From: Gammaproteobacteria bacterium
GTDB taxonomy: Bacteria; Pseudomonadota; Gammaproteobacteria; Steroidobacterales; JBCCMA01
DNA length: 64,000 bases
Direction: 5' to 3'
NCBI GenBank assembly: GCA_045107005.1
Contig: JBGCFP010000101.1
Coordinates: forward strand, 1,374 to 65,373
Positions 39,458 through 49,101 of the stretch are shown here, piece by piece. Position 1 is the stretch's first letter. Each line of letters opens with the position of its first letter. The notes below the pieces were generated by a model. The model made no database searches. It saw only the letters and a list, made by a program, of their open reading frames with translations, and had not been told where the DNA came from. Made by a program: the position numbers and the translations under genes.

Positions 39458-42400
39458 TTACTGCGCCGTCACCCGCACATCGTCGATGCCCGCTTCGATC
39501 AGGCTGGGCACACCCGCGTCCGCCGCCTCGACCAGGATGTAGACGGTCTGTCCGGCGAAACTGCTCAGATCGACAACGGCCTCTTGCCACGCTCCGCCAT
39601 CAATATTGGAGGCGCCGAGTTCTTCGAACACCGTTTGCGTGTTGCTGCCCACAACTTTGACACGCAGGAAGTCGTCGGTCGTGCCGTTGTCGTAATGCGC
39701 AAAGTAGTACGAGAACGACAGCTCACTGCTTGCGCCGGCCGGCAACACAATCTCCGGTGAGCGCATCGACGTGACACCGTTGTCGATGTCGTCGACGCCG
39801 GCTGACGAACCGGCGTTGCCGCCCGTGACCAGATAGTTGGTACCGCTAACGGCGTTGTCCAGCTGGTACGCGACACCGCTGATGGTCGTGGCCTGAGCGT
39901 TCGCTTGTTCCCACAAGCCAGTCGTCGCACTGTCTGTGCCATTGGGGTTGCGCATCCACAGCGATGCACCCTCAAAGTCGTCAATGAACAACTGGTCGCC
40001 AAACGGCGTTGGGTCGCTGTTGTCACCGATGCCATCGCCATCCGAGTCAAGCGTTTCCGTCGGATCGTTCGGGAACGCATCCAGATGATCGGCCACGCCG
40101 TCACCGTCCGAGTCCTGAGCGAAATACTCCGTACCGATTACCGTCAGTGTGCCGTTACTCGGACGCTGCCACGCGACCGCTACATTGTCACCGCCACCGG
40201 CTTCCTTGTGCAGGACCTCGAGGTAGTAAGCCTCACCGGCAACCAGCTCGATGCTGGCGGACTGCTGCTGTGGATACTTCGTCCACAAACGCGATGTGGT
40301 CCAACCCGGCACGCTCGCAATCTCTACCTTGTTCGCAGCGCTGCTGTCCGTGCTGAGATTGAGCTGGACGTTATCGTCGCCCGACACCCAGAACGTGTAG
40401 CTACCCGATTCGGGTGCGAAAAAGATGCCGCGAAGACGCGAACCGTAGTTATCCAGCACGTTAATCGGGCCTTCAAACGAAGCCAATTCTTCGAGCAACG
40501 CCGGGTTGTCCGGGAAATTGGCGGAGTTGGTCAGGTCCGCGACCGCGACACCACCAATGCCGGTGAACACGTCGCGCCAGATACCGGCACTGCGGGTCGG
40601 ATCGTTCGGGAACAAGTCGATGTTGTCGGCCACGCCGTCGCCATCGCTGTCCTGGTTCGGACGATCCGGATCATTCGGGTACGGATCCGCGTTGTCGCCA
40701 ATGCCGTCGCCGTCCGAGTCCGCGGTTTCCGTTGGATCGTTCGGGAACGCATCCGCGTTGTCACCAACTCCGTCGCTGTCAGAGTCGACGGTCTCGGTTG
40801 GATCATTCGGGAACGCGTCGCCGTTGTCACCCACGCCGTCACCATCGGTGTCCGTGGTCTCGGCAGGATCGCTCGGGAACGCATCAGCGTTGTCGCCCAC
40901 ACCGTCACCGTCGGTATCCGCCGACTCGTTTGGATCGTTGGGGAAGGCATCGCCGTTATCACCCACGCCGTCGCCATCCGTGTCCGTCGTTTCCGTTGGA
41001 TCATTCGGGAACGCATCGGCATTGTTGCCCACACCGTCGCCGTCACTATCCACAGATTCGGTCGGGTCGTTAGGGAACGCATCGCCGTTGTCGCCCACGC
41101 CGTCACCGTCGGTGTCTGTGGTCTCCGTCGGGTCATTCGGGAACACATCGGCGTTGTCGCCCACGCCGTCGCCATCGCTATCGGCAGTTTCCGTCGGATC
41201 GTTGGGGAACGCATCGTCTTCGTCCGGGACACCGTCGCCGTCCGAGTCCACAAAGGCAACGCCCTCTTCTCTTCCGATCTGCTCGAGGTAAGCAACGAGA
41301 TTGGTTAAATCAGCACCGCTCACGGTATTGCCATCGTGAGCCGTCACGGCGACCGCCAACGTTGGCGCGCTGCCGTCATGCAGGTACGGCGCCGTCTTCC
41401 ACACATCGCGCAACGTCGGCACGTCAATGCCGGTCAGCGGACCGCCAAGACGCTCGCCGCTGGACGCATTGATAGTGCCGATGTCCGTCAACGTGGTGGC
41501 ATCCTGACTGTTGGTGAAGCGCGTACCACCGTGACAGGTGCCACAGCCGCTGGCTTCGAACACCAGCTTGCCAGCCGCGCCCGCAGTCGTCAGCGAACCG
41601 TCCTGATTGCGGTACGGGCTTTCATCAAACTCGTTCAGCGAGGCCAGGTACGCGGCCAGCGCGTCGAGGTCTGAACTGAAGCCAGCCTTGGTATCGCCCA
41701 GAGGCTCGTTGCGCGTGCCGGCAAAAAAGTCTGCATCGCTCATCAGGCCGGAGCCGGCCGACAGCGTCCGAATCTGACCTTCGAAATCCTGCAGCTCATC
41801 GAAGTTGGCGGACCAATGCAGGAAGCCGTGGCCCGTTGCCGCGCGGCCATTGAGCTCAATCGTGTTACGCAAACCTTCGCCGAAGCTGGTCATGTCCCAC
41901 ACACGGCCGTCTTCACCGCCGTCGTTGTGACAGGACGCGCAACTCATGTAGTTGTCGTGTGCCAGTCGGTCGTCCTCGGCGTCGTAGAACAACTGCTTAC
42001 CAAGGAATACCGGCGCACTCAACGCCTCATTGCTGACGACATCCGTCGTCCCGAGCACGTTGGTCGCGGGCAGATCGGTTTCGATCATCTCGGCCAGATC
42101 AAAGCGCGACACACTGCGATCCATAAAGTTGTGCACGTAAGCCTTGCTGCCGTCGCTGGACAATGCGACACCTTGGGGCGCACGCCCGGTCGGCAGGCGC
42201 ATCACTTCAAAGCCGTTGAGGATGTCGAACACGCCCAGTTCGCGACTGGTCTCCAGTGCCACCAGCAGATATCGGTTGCCGCCGGTGATCGCGGCGCCCG
42301 TACCAAGGCTCGCGTTGTCAAAGTCGATACGCAGTGTGCCTTCGGTTTCCGTTGCCAGTTCAATTCTCGACACGTTACTGCGTACGGTCTGATCAAAGGT

Positions 42401-45400
42401 CATGCCGAAGTTACCGCGCAGCAGACCCGAGTCGATGTTGTCCTTCTTCGATGGCACGAACGCAAACGTGTTGTCGAAGGCGATGACCGGCGCGTTGAGA
42501 TAGTTCGGCAAGCCCGGTCCCTGACTCTCCGATGTGGGCCGGTTGTCGTGCGTCAGAGCAATTGTGTTGCTCAGACTCATGGTAGCCGGGTCGACAGAGA
42601 ACACTTGTGCGCCGCCGCCCGCGAAGTTGATGTCGACCGTCGCCTCACCCGGCACCGGTGGCGTGATGAAGTTACTGACGAGCAGTTTCGCATCGTCGTA
42701 GGTCATCGCGATGTGACGTGGCATACCGGACAACTGGATCTCGCTGATCAACGCCTGCGTTGCCGCATCGCGTTTTTGCACGGTCGCCAGTGCTTCGAGC
42801 ACCACAAAGTATTCGCTGCCGGAGTTGTTGAACACCAAACCATGTGGTTGTGAGCCGTAAGGCAATGCCACCGTCGACTCCACCGCCAACGTTGCAGTGT
42901 TGATGATCGTGATGTTTGCGTCAGCCTTGTTCGCGACAAAGATTCGGGTTGCACTCGGCGCCTTGGCCAGTGACCACGGCTTCTCGCCAACGTCAATCTG
43001 TTGAATCAACGAACCGTCGGCCGACGAAACGGACACCGAGTCGTTGTCCGGGTTTACGTTCCAGATGCGATCACTGCCGCTGCTGTTTTCCACCAGCAAC
43101 GTGGTCGAGTTGCGTGGTGCGGTCGGCAGCGCCACGATGTTCGACCCACCCGTTGGCGTCGAATCGCTGTTGTCGCCATAACCGTCGCCGTCTGAATCGA
43201 GGGTTTCGGTCGGGTCGTTCGGAAACGCGTCGCTATTGTCCCCGACACCATCGCCGTCCGTATCGACGGTTTCAGTCGGGTCGTTCGGGAAGGCATCCGC
43301 ATTGTCACCGACGCCATCGCCATCGGAGTCGGCGGATTCCGTTGGGTCATTCGGGAACACGTCGGCGTTGTCGCCCACGCCGTCGCCATCCGTATCGGTC
43401 GTCTCCGTCGGATCGTTCGGGAACGCATCCAGATTGTCCGGCACGCCGTCGCCGTCACTGTCCACGGCGTCGGCCGCCGTCAGCTTGATATCATCGATGC
43501 CGGCTTCGATCAGACTGCCGCCCGCTGCATCGGCTGCGGACACGAGCAAGTAGATCGACTGGCCTGCAAAGCTGTCCAGATTGACGTTGGCCTGCTGCCA
43601 CGCCGCACCGGCGTCGGTGGTGTTGCCGAGCACTTCGAGTACTGTAACCGTGCTGCTGCCAACCACCTGCACGCGCAGGAAGTCGTCGGTCGTCGCGTTG
43701 GTGAGATGCGCAAGATAGTATTGGAATGACAAGTCAATCGGCGTTGACGACGGCAGGTTGATCGACGGCGACCGGATTGAGGTTGTGCCGTTATCAATAT
43801 CGTTGGTGCCAAGCCCAGCGCCCGCGCTGCCTTCGGTCACCAGGTACTGCGCGCCGCTGGCGGCGTCGGCGGTTTGCATCACGAGGCCGTTGCCGGTTTC
43901 TTCGGCATTCGCCGCTTCCCACAAGCCGGTTGTGGCCGTGTCCGTGCCGTTCGGATTGCGTGTCCAGCCGCTGTTGGTTTCGAAATCGTCCGCGAACAAT
44001 ACGTTACCAAATGGCGTCGGATCGGCGTTGTCGCCTATACCGTCACCGTCTGAGTCCATGGTTTCGGTTGGGTCGTTCGGGAAGGCGTCGAGACTGTCGG
44101 GCACGCCGTCACCGTCAGAGTCGGTGTCGAAGAACTGCCCGCCAATCACCGTAATCGTGTTGTCGCTTGGACGCTGCCACGCCACGGCTAGATTGTCGCC
44201 ACCGGCCCCTTCTTTATGCAGCGCTTCCAGGTAATACGCTTCGCCCGCAATGAGTTGGATCGTCGCGGAACTTTGCTCGGGGAACTTCGTCCACTCACGT
44301 GAACCGGACCAACCAGGCACGCTCGCGATTTCTGTTTTGTTCGCTGGGTTGAAGTTAGAGCTGAGATTGAGCTGGACATTGTCATCGCCTGCTACCCAGA
44401 AGGTGTAGCTGCCCGTCTCGGGCGCAAACAGGATGCCGCGCATGCGCGTGCCGTAGTTGTCCAGAACGTCGGTTGGTCCTTCGAACGACGTCATCTGTTC
44501 AACCGTCGCCGGGTTGTCCGGGTAGTTGGCGGAGTTGGTCAGGTCGGTGACCGCGTTGCCGGCAATGCCGGTAAACACTTCGCGCCAGACGCCGGCACTG
44601 CGATTGGGATCGTTCGGGAACAGGTCAAAGCGGTCGGGTACGCCATCACCGTCCGAGTCCAGAATGGGTCGGGTCGGATCGTTGGGGTATGGATCGGCAT
44701 TGTCGCCCAAACCATCGCCATCGGAGTCCATGGTCTCGGTCGGGTCGTTCGGGAACGCATCGGCATTGTCACCCACGCCGTCGCCATCCGTGTCTGCGGA
44801 TTCCGCAGGGTCATTCGGGAACGCATCGCCATTGTCGCCGACCCCATCACCGTCGCTGTCCGTCGTTTCGTTCGGGTCGTTCGGGAACACGTCGGCGTTG
44901 TCGCCGACGCCGTCGCTGTCCGAATCGCGCCACTCCGTCGGATCGTTCGGGAACGCATCTTCGGAATCCGCGTAGCCATCACCATCGCTGTCGGTGAAGC
45001 TGCGCTGCACCTGAATGGTCTGACCAATGGACGGTGTGTCGTTATCGTTCACAGCAAACAGCCAGTAGTTACCGGCGATCAGTACGTTCGGGTTCGCGTT
45101 CAAAGTTAGCGTAAACGTGCCGTCACCGTTGTTGACCGACGACACGGGCAGATACCGCTGGTCCGTGTTCACATGGTGAGTGGTCGCCGAAAGACGAACC
45201 ATCGAAAAGCGCACCGTATCCGCGCCGGCAGCAACGGTGAACGTACCGCCGGTGCCAATAATTGGTGGCACATTTGACAGGGCCGGTCTCGACGCTGGCG
45301 AACCATCGTCATTGTAAAGATACGGCGGCGTGAAAATCTGGCCGTCAAGGTGGTTGGCTGCACAACCGGTGCCACACGCGCCACCGCCCGCAGAAAGTAC

Positions 45401-46897
45401 GCGGCCGTCTTTCATCAGCAGCGACGTCGAGTGGTAGTTACGCGGAATGGAAATAGAATCCACGACGCGCCAAGTGTTGGATTGCGGACTGTAAATTTCC
45501 GCGGGGAAAATCGAACCGCCGTCGAAAAAGTTTTGACCCGATACGTTGCCGCCAATCACCAGTACCTCGCCGTTCGGCAACGTGACCGAGTTACTCAATG
45601 CACGCGGATAGTTCATCGGCGCACCTTGCGTAATCACCGGCGCCGGGCCGTTTAGGTCCGCCAGAAAGACGTTGGTTACCAAGGTTCTTTCGGTTTCGCG
45701 CGGGTCCATCCCGCCAATCAGCATAACTTTGCCCACGTCGTAGGTGACCACGTTGCCCCATTTTCTCGCGCGCGAGCCCGTCGGCTGTCCAAAGTCCTGA
45801 TTGTTGGCGCCGCTCACCGGATCAAAACTGTGCAATGTGGGCGTGGGCCCGCCGTGGAAAACACGACCGTTTGGCTGCACCGCAAGCTGGGGGAACCACT
45901 CCAAACCACCAATGCTGTTGTGCTCGTCGAGCAGCGTTTGCATGGTCGCGTTCGGCGTGCGGATCCAGCGGTTCTCCAGTGGATCGTATTTCTCCGAGCG
46001 ATTGCCGGCCGACTTGCCGAACGTCGCGAAGATCTGGTTGTTGGGCAGCGTTACACTGGTGGCGTACCAACGCAGGTCAAACATATTGGGTAGCGCCGAC
46101 CAATTCATGTTGGTCGGGTTAAAGGTGCTGGTGCGGCGATCGTCCGGGTTACCGCCCGACGCGACGATGCGACCGTCTTCCAGTGTCGCGACGCCGGCAC
46201 AAAACATGTCGTGGAAATTATTGTCGATGCTGGAGAACGTCTGGGTCACAGGATCAAAAATCGACGAATGGGTAAATTCACGATTGGCCGGGAAAGAGTC
46301 CGTCTCGGTGGAGGACCAGGTCAGCACGCGACCGTCGGGCAGGTTCGCAGCGGAGATCGCGATGTGCGGCCACTGAATAACCGGACCCCACTGGCCAAAT
46401 TCGGCGATGTCCGCCACTTCCAATTCACCGTTGGCCGGAATCGGCAAGAAGCCGCCACTGGATGCGCGGTAAAAGACGTCCAGCACTTCGCCGCCGCCTT
46501 TCTCAAAAAACTCGACGCGCAAATCGTAGACGCCGGGATTCAGAAATACCTGGCCGCTGACGGTGACTGGCGCGTGCAAGCCATCGTTGTCCACTACCAT
46601 CGCACCGTCAATATACAAGCGCGAGCCGTCGTCCGATGTCGTTTGAAACGCGTAGGTGTCGGCCGCGGAGACGGTGATTTGATTGGTGAACACCAAACCA
46701 AACGTCTCAACCTGAGTGGTCACGCCAAGCGTAATAACGTCGCTGGTCCCACTGGCTATCGGAGACAGCGTCGTGAAATCAGGCAGCTGATTGAAGTCAC
46801 CATCGTAGACGGAGTAATTGAATTGTGAAAACGCAAACGGGGCGTAAGCGAAGACACCGAAGAGAACCAGAGCTTTGAGCTCGCTCAATTTATTCAT
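39458..46897 (-). CDS. Giant secreted multidomain protein: PA14, galactose-oxidase-like copper radical oxidase, TSP3 arrays, PA14, MAM/LamG-like, beta-propeller, di-haem CCP/MauG-like, PA14, MAM/LamG-like
   Basis: ATG at 46897 follows AAGGG and gives signal peptide MNKLSELKALVLFGVFAYAPFAFSQ (2479 aa). Oxidase motifs are HDMFCAG, RNYHSTSLLMKDGRVLSAGGG and NHLDGQIFTPPYLY. Haem motifs are CASCH (41927-41941) and CGTCH (41531-41545). Three PA14-like blocks and many DxDxDGxGDxxDxFPNDP repeats are present. Confidence 0.9.
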   Translation of the reverse strand: MNKLSELKALVLFGVFAYAPFAFSQFNYSVYDGDFNQLPDFTTLSPIASGTSDVITLGVTTQVETFGLVFTNQITVSAADTYAFQTTSDDGSRLYIDGAMVVDNDGLHAPVTVSGQVFLNPGVYDLRVEFFEKGGGEVLDVFYRASSGGFLPIPANGELEVADIAEFGQWGPVIQWPHIAISAANLPDGRVLTWSSTETDSFPANREFTHSSIFDPVTQTFSSIDNNFHDMFCAGVATLEDGRIVASGGNPDDRRTSTFNPTNMNWSALPNMFDLRWYATSVTLPNNQIFATFGKSAGNRSEKYDPLENRWIRTPNATMQTLLDEHNSIGGLEWFPQLAVQPNGRVFHGGPTPTLHSFDPVSGANNQDFGQPTGSRARKWGNVVTYDVGKVMLIGGMDPRETERTLVTNVFLADLNGPAPVITQGAPMNYPRALSNSVTLPNGEVLVIGGNVSGQNFFDGGSIFPAEIYSPQSNTWRVVDSISIPRNYHSTSLLMKDGRVLSAGGGACGTGCAANHLDGQIFTPPYLYNDDGSPASRPALSNVPPIIGTGGTFTVAAGADTVRFSMVRLSATTHHVNTDQRYLPVSSVNNGDGTFTLTLNANPNVLIAGNYWLFAVNDNDTPSIGQTIQVQRSFTDSDGDGYADSEDAFPNDPTEWRDSDSDGVGDNADVFPNDPNETTDSDGDGVGDNGDAFPNDPAESADTDGDGVGDNADAFPNDPTETMDSDGDGLGDNADPYPNDPTRPILDSDGDGVPDRFDLFPNDPNRSAGVWREVFTGIAGNAVTDLTNSANYPDNPATVEQMTSFEGPTDVLDNYGTRMRGILFAPETGSYTFWVAGDDNVQLNLSSNFNPANKTEIASVPGWSGSREWTKFPEQSSATIQLIAGEAYYLEALHKEGAGGDNLAVAWQRPSDNTITVIGGQFFDTDSDGDGVPDSLDAFPNDPTETMDSDGDGIGDNADPTPFGNVLFADDFETNSGWTRNPNGTDTATTGLWEAANAEETGNGLVMQTADAASGAQYLVTEGSAGAGLGTNDIDNGTTSIRSPSINLPSSTPIDLSFQYYLAHLTNATTDDFLRVQVVGSSTVTVLEVLGNTTDAGAAWQQANVNLDSFAGQSIYLLVSAADAAGGSLIEAGIDDIKLTAADAVDSDGDGVPDNLDAFPNDPTETTDTDGDGVGDNADVFPNDPTESADSDGDGVGDNADAFPNDPTETVDTDGDGVGDNSDAFPNDPTETLDSDGDGYGDNSDSTPTGGSNIVALPTAPRNSTTLLVENSSGSDRIWNVNPDNDSVSVSSADGSLIQQIDVGEKPWSLAKAPSATRIFVANKADANITIINTATLAVESTVALPYGSQPHGLVFNNSGSEYFVVLEALATVQKRDAATQALISEIQLSGMPRHIAMTYDDAKLLVSNFITPPVPGEATVDINFAGGGAQVFSVDPATMSLSNTIALTHDNRPTSESQGPGLPNYLNAPVIAFDNTFAFVPSKKDNIDSGLLRGNFGMTFDQTVRSNVSRIELATETEGTLRIDFDNASLGTGAAITGGNRYLLVALETSRELGVFDILNGFEVMRLPTGRAPQGVALSSDGSKAYVHNFMDRSVSRFDLAEMIETDLPATNVLGTTDVVSNEALSAPVFLGKQLFYDAEDDRLAHDNYMSCASCHNDGGEDGRVWDMTSFGEGLRNTIELNGRAATGHGFLHWSANFDELQDFEGQIRTLSAGSGLMSDADFFAGTRNEPLGDTKAGFSSDLDALAAYLASLNEFDESPYRNQDGSLTTAGAAGKLVFEASGCGTCHGGTRFTNSQDATTLTDIGTINASSGERLGGPLTGIDVPTLRDVWKTAPYLHDGSAPTLAVAVTAHDGNTVSGADLTNLVAYLEQIGREEGVAFVDSDGDGVPDEDDAFPNDPTETADSDGDGVGDNADVFPNDPTETTDTDGDGVGDNGDAFPNDPTESVDSDGDGVGNNADAFPNDPTETTDTDGDGVGDNGDAFPNDPNESADTDGDGVGDNADAFPSDPAETTDTDGDGVGDNGDAFPNDPTETVDSDSDGVGDNADAFPNDPTETADSDGDGIGDNADPYPNDPDRPNQDSDGDGVADNIDLFPNDPTRSAGIWRDVFTGIGGVAVADLTNSANFPDNPALLEELASFEGPINVLDNYGSRLRGIFFAPESGSYTFWVSGDDNVQLNLSTDSSAANKVEIASVPGWTTSRLWTKYPQQQSASIELVAGEAYYLEVLHKEAGGGDNVAVAWQRPSNGTLTVIGTEYFAQDSDGDGVADHLDAFPNDPTETLDSDGDGIGDNSDPTPFGDQLFIDDFEGASLWMRNPNGTDSATTGLWEQANAQATTISGVAYQLDNAVSGTNYLVTGGNAGSSAGVDDIDNGVTSMRSPEIVLPAGASSELSFSYYFAHYDNGTTDDFLRVKVVGSNTQTVFEELGASNIDGGAWQEAVVDLSSFAGQTVYILVEAADAGVPSLIEAGIDDVRVTAQ
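40596..41248 (-). repeat. Tandem 66-nt (22-codon) thrombospondin type-3-like repeat array, ~10 units
   Basis: The coding repeat is DSDGDGVGDNADAFPNDPTETT, iterated. The antisense frames give artefactual S/P-rich ORFs. Confidence 0.85.
43158..43466 (-). repeat. Tandem 66-nt TSP3-like repeat array, ~5 units
   Basis: Same unit as the array at 40596-41248. Confidence 0.85.
44603..44992 (-). repeat. Tandem 66-nt TSP3-like repeat array, ~6 units
   Basis: Same unit as the array at 40596-41248. Confidence 0.85.
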
Positions 46898-47181
46898 TGT
46901 TGACCCTTGGCAGTCGGACAAATGAGTGCTGTTATGAATCTGACGCTTCTACAGCAACGGCTTGTTGGTGGCCCACGATCTTGGTCGCGGTGCTTTATAT
47001 AAGTATAGACGCAGCAATATTCGTGCCGGGGCCGGAGTTGTTCGCTGATTGTCTAAATGAAACAAAGGCTTAAGCGATATGGCATAACCTCTTCATTTGA
47101 CTAATTTCGAAGTGGGCAACCGGCGAATCCGCAACTGGAAGAATTTTCGACGGCTTGGTGCAGCGCGCGAGGTATCAATGT

Positions 47182-47928
47182 GGTGTTGACAACTAAACTC
47201 CGTCGGAGCCAAAACCGCTTTCGCCCAGATTTAAGCTGCTGCTCTGCTCCATTCCGCGTACGCACTTGTCCTGAGATCACGGTAGTGATTGGCAGCTACC
47301 AAGTGCCTCCCAAGATTGAACAAATTGTAAACAGCAGCATGAGCAATCAGAAATCGCTGGCCCTGTTTGACCGATTTGAATCTTCGCATTACTTCTTCTC
47401 GGGCTCTCGTCGGTTGATGCGACAGTTCAGCTCGGTTGTTGGCGTATTGCGATCTGTCATGGATCGCATCGGGTATGAGCTCTCTGTGCGCGACATCGTA
47501 GCTCCGCAATTTGTCGGTCACAATCTTCCTTGGCTCGCCACCGTGGCTTCGCGGAAGGCGCTTGAAGAAACTCTTTGCGGCACTGCCGTCTCTGCGAGAC
47601 TGAAGAAACACATCAACCACTTCGCCATCCTGGTCCACCGCACGCCAGAGGTAGTGCTGCTTGCCATTCATACGCACGAAGGCTTCGTCGATGAAAAACG
47701 TATCGCCGTACCCGCGATGGTTTTGCTTCAGTCGCCGAGCAAACTTCCGACCAAACTTGTTGCACCAGAGGAGTATTGATTCGCCACTTACTGTAATTCC
47801 ACGCTCAGCCAGCATGTCTTCAATGTCGCGATAGCTGAGATTGAAGCGAAAATACAGCCAAACAGCGTAACTGATGATGCTTGGCGGGAATCTGTGGCGC
47901 TTGTACGTGTGGCTAGCCCCGTCATAAT
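47182..47928 (-). mobile_element. IS6-family element, transposase N-terminally disrupted
   Basis: The ORF 47231..47815 and its in-frame upstream extension read ...YKRHRFPPSIISYAVWLYFRFNLSYRDIEDMLAERGITVS...DEAFVRMNGKQHYLWRAVDQDGEVVD...YANNRAELSHQPTRAREE..., which has an IS6/IS26-like DDE layout. No in-frame start exists, since the nearest ATG is in another frame. The IS3 element abuts at 47929. Confidence 0.75.
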
Positions 47929-47972
47929 TGGTCCAGTTGCTATGTTAGTGTTTCTCGACGCAGGAGAAACCA

Positions 47973-48266
47973 ATGAAAGGAAAGCGATTTACAGACGAGC
48001 AAGTCATTCGGATTTTGCAAGAAGCCGAAGCGGGACTGTCAGTGGCGGATGTTTGCCGGAAGCACAACTGTTCGGAGCAGTCATTTTATCGCTGGAAAGC
48101 AAAGTTCGGTGGCATGGAAGTGTCTGAGGCAAAGCGGCTCAAGGAAATGGAGCGCGAGAACGCGGAGCTGAAGAAGATTGTGGCAGAGCAAACGCTGGAT
48201 ATCCGTATGCTCAAAGACGTCAACAGTCGAAGGTGGTGGGCCTGGCGGAGCGGCGGCGCTGCGTAA
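47973..48266 (+). CDS. IS3-family transposase OrfA (HTH)
   Basis: MKGKRFTDEQVIRILQEAEAGLSVADVCRKHNCSEQSFYRWKAKFGGMEVSEAKRLKEMERENAELKK is a classic IS3/IS407-group OrfA. Confidence 0.85.
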   Translation: MKGKRFTDEQVIRILQEAEAGLSVADVCRKHNCSEQSFYRWKAKFGGMEVSEAKRLKEMERENAELKKIVAEQTLDIRMLKDVNSRRWWAWRSGGAA

Positions 48267-49093
48267 TGTACTTGCGAGAGCATTACGACATCAGCGAACG
48301 GCGCGCCTGCCAGGCCATGCAGATTAACCGCTCGAGCTATCGTTACGTTGGTCAGCGCACGTTGATCGATGCGGGCTATAAGGAAGTGCTTCGATTGTCT
48401 GATGCTTATCGGTAGTTTGGCTATCGAAAGATCTACGACTTGATGCGCGAGAGCTGGTCAATCAGCCGAGAAAGGGTGCGCTTAATCCGTCGTCGAGAGG
48501 GCTTGCAGGTCGTGAAAAAGCGTCGTAAACGTCGGGTACTGAGTATGACAACGCAGTGGGTGAACCAGGCTCGATATCCCAATCATGTCTGGAGTTACGA
48601 CTTTGTTTTTGATCGCACGGATGATGCACGGCAACTGAAGTGCATGACGGTCGTTGATGAGTTTACGAGACAGGGGTTTGAAATAACGGTGGGTCGCAGT
48701 TTGACCGCGGCGGACGTTACCCGGATTCTCGGCAAACTCTTTGAGCAGCACGGGCGCCCAGTTTGCCTGCGTAGCGACAATGGCCCGGAAATGGTATCGA
48801 CCAAGGTCCAGGACTGGCTCAAGGAAAAGCATGTTGATACGCACTACATTGATCCGGGTAGCCCTTGGCAAAACGCGTACTGTGAGAGCTTCAACTCTAT
48901 CTTCCGGAGCACGTGCTTGGATCGATGGCTGTTCGGCTCAATGACCGAAGCGCGAGTGATCATCAAAAGCTGGCTTAATGAATACAACACGGTAAGGCCG
49001 CATGGATCGCTGGGCGGGCTGAACCCGAAGCAATTTCTACAGCGATGGGTTAGCAAAAATACGATTCAAAAACCCGAAACTCTAACAGCGTGA
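48233..49093 (+). pseudogene. IS3-family transposase OrfB (rve/DDE) with an in-frame TAG
   Basis: 48233..48415 and 48440..49093 share one frame (-1 relative to orfA), interrupted by TAG at 48413-48415 (AYR-stop-FGYRKIYDLM). The DDE region is WSYDFVFDRT...LRSDNGPEM...PGSPWQNAYCESFN. Confidence 0.75.
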
Positions 49094-49101
49094 GTGGACC
49101 A

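Larger units (their letters stand above)
47929..49101 (+). mobile_element. IS3-family insertion sequence (1173 bp)
   Basis: Imperfect terminal inverted repeats tggtccagttgctatgttagtgtttc (47929-) and the complement of gaaactctaacagcgtgagtggacca (-49101), with TG...CA ends. It has the orfA/orfB organisation with orfB in the -1 frame. No clear target-site duplication is visible. Confidence 0.8.

Noticed and set aside
40506-41291. Ser/Pro/Thr-rich 261-aa plus-strand ORF, with similar ORFs at 43236..43553, 43758..44234 and 44526..44975.
   Set aside because: These are antisense or frame-shifted shadows of the 66-nt TSP3 repeat arrays in the minus-strand giant gene. Their periodic low-complexity sequence mirrors the DxDxDG codons.
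39905-42853. Long plus-strand ORFs 39905..41308 (467 aa) and 41816..42853 (345 aa).
   Set aside because: Both lie entirely inside the giant minus-strand gene, whose translation has clear domain homology. The plus-strand products are Arg/Val/His-rich, which is typical of antisense frames in GC-rich DNA.
47180-47779. 199-aa plus-strand ORF.
   Set aside because: It is antisense to the IS6-family transposase reading frame, which has clear family motifs.
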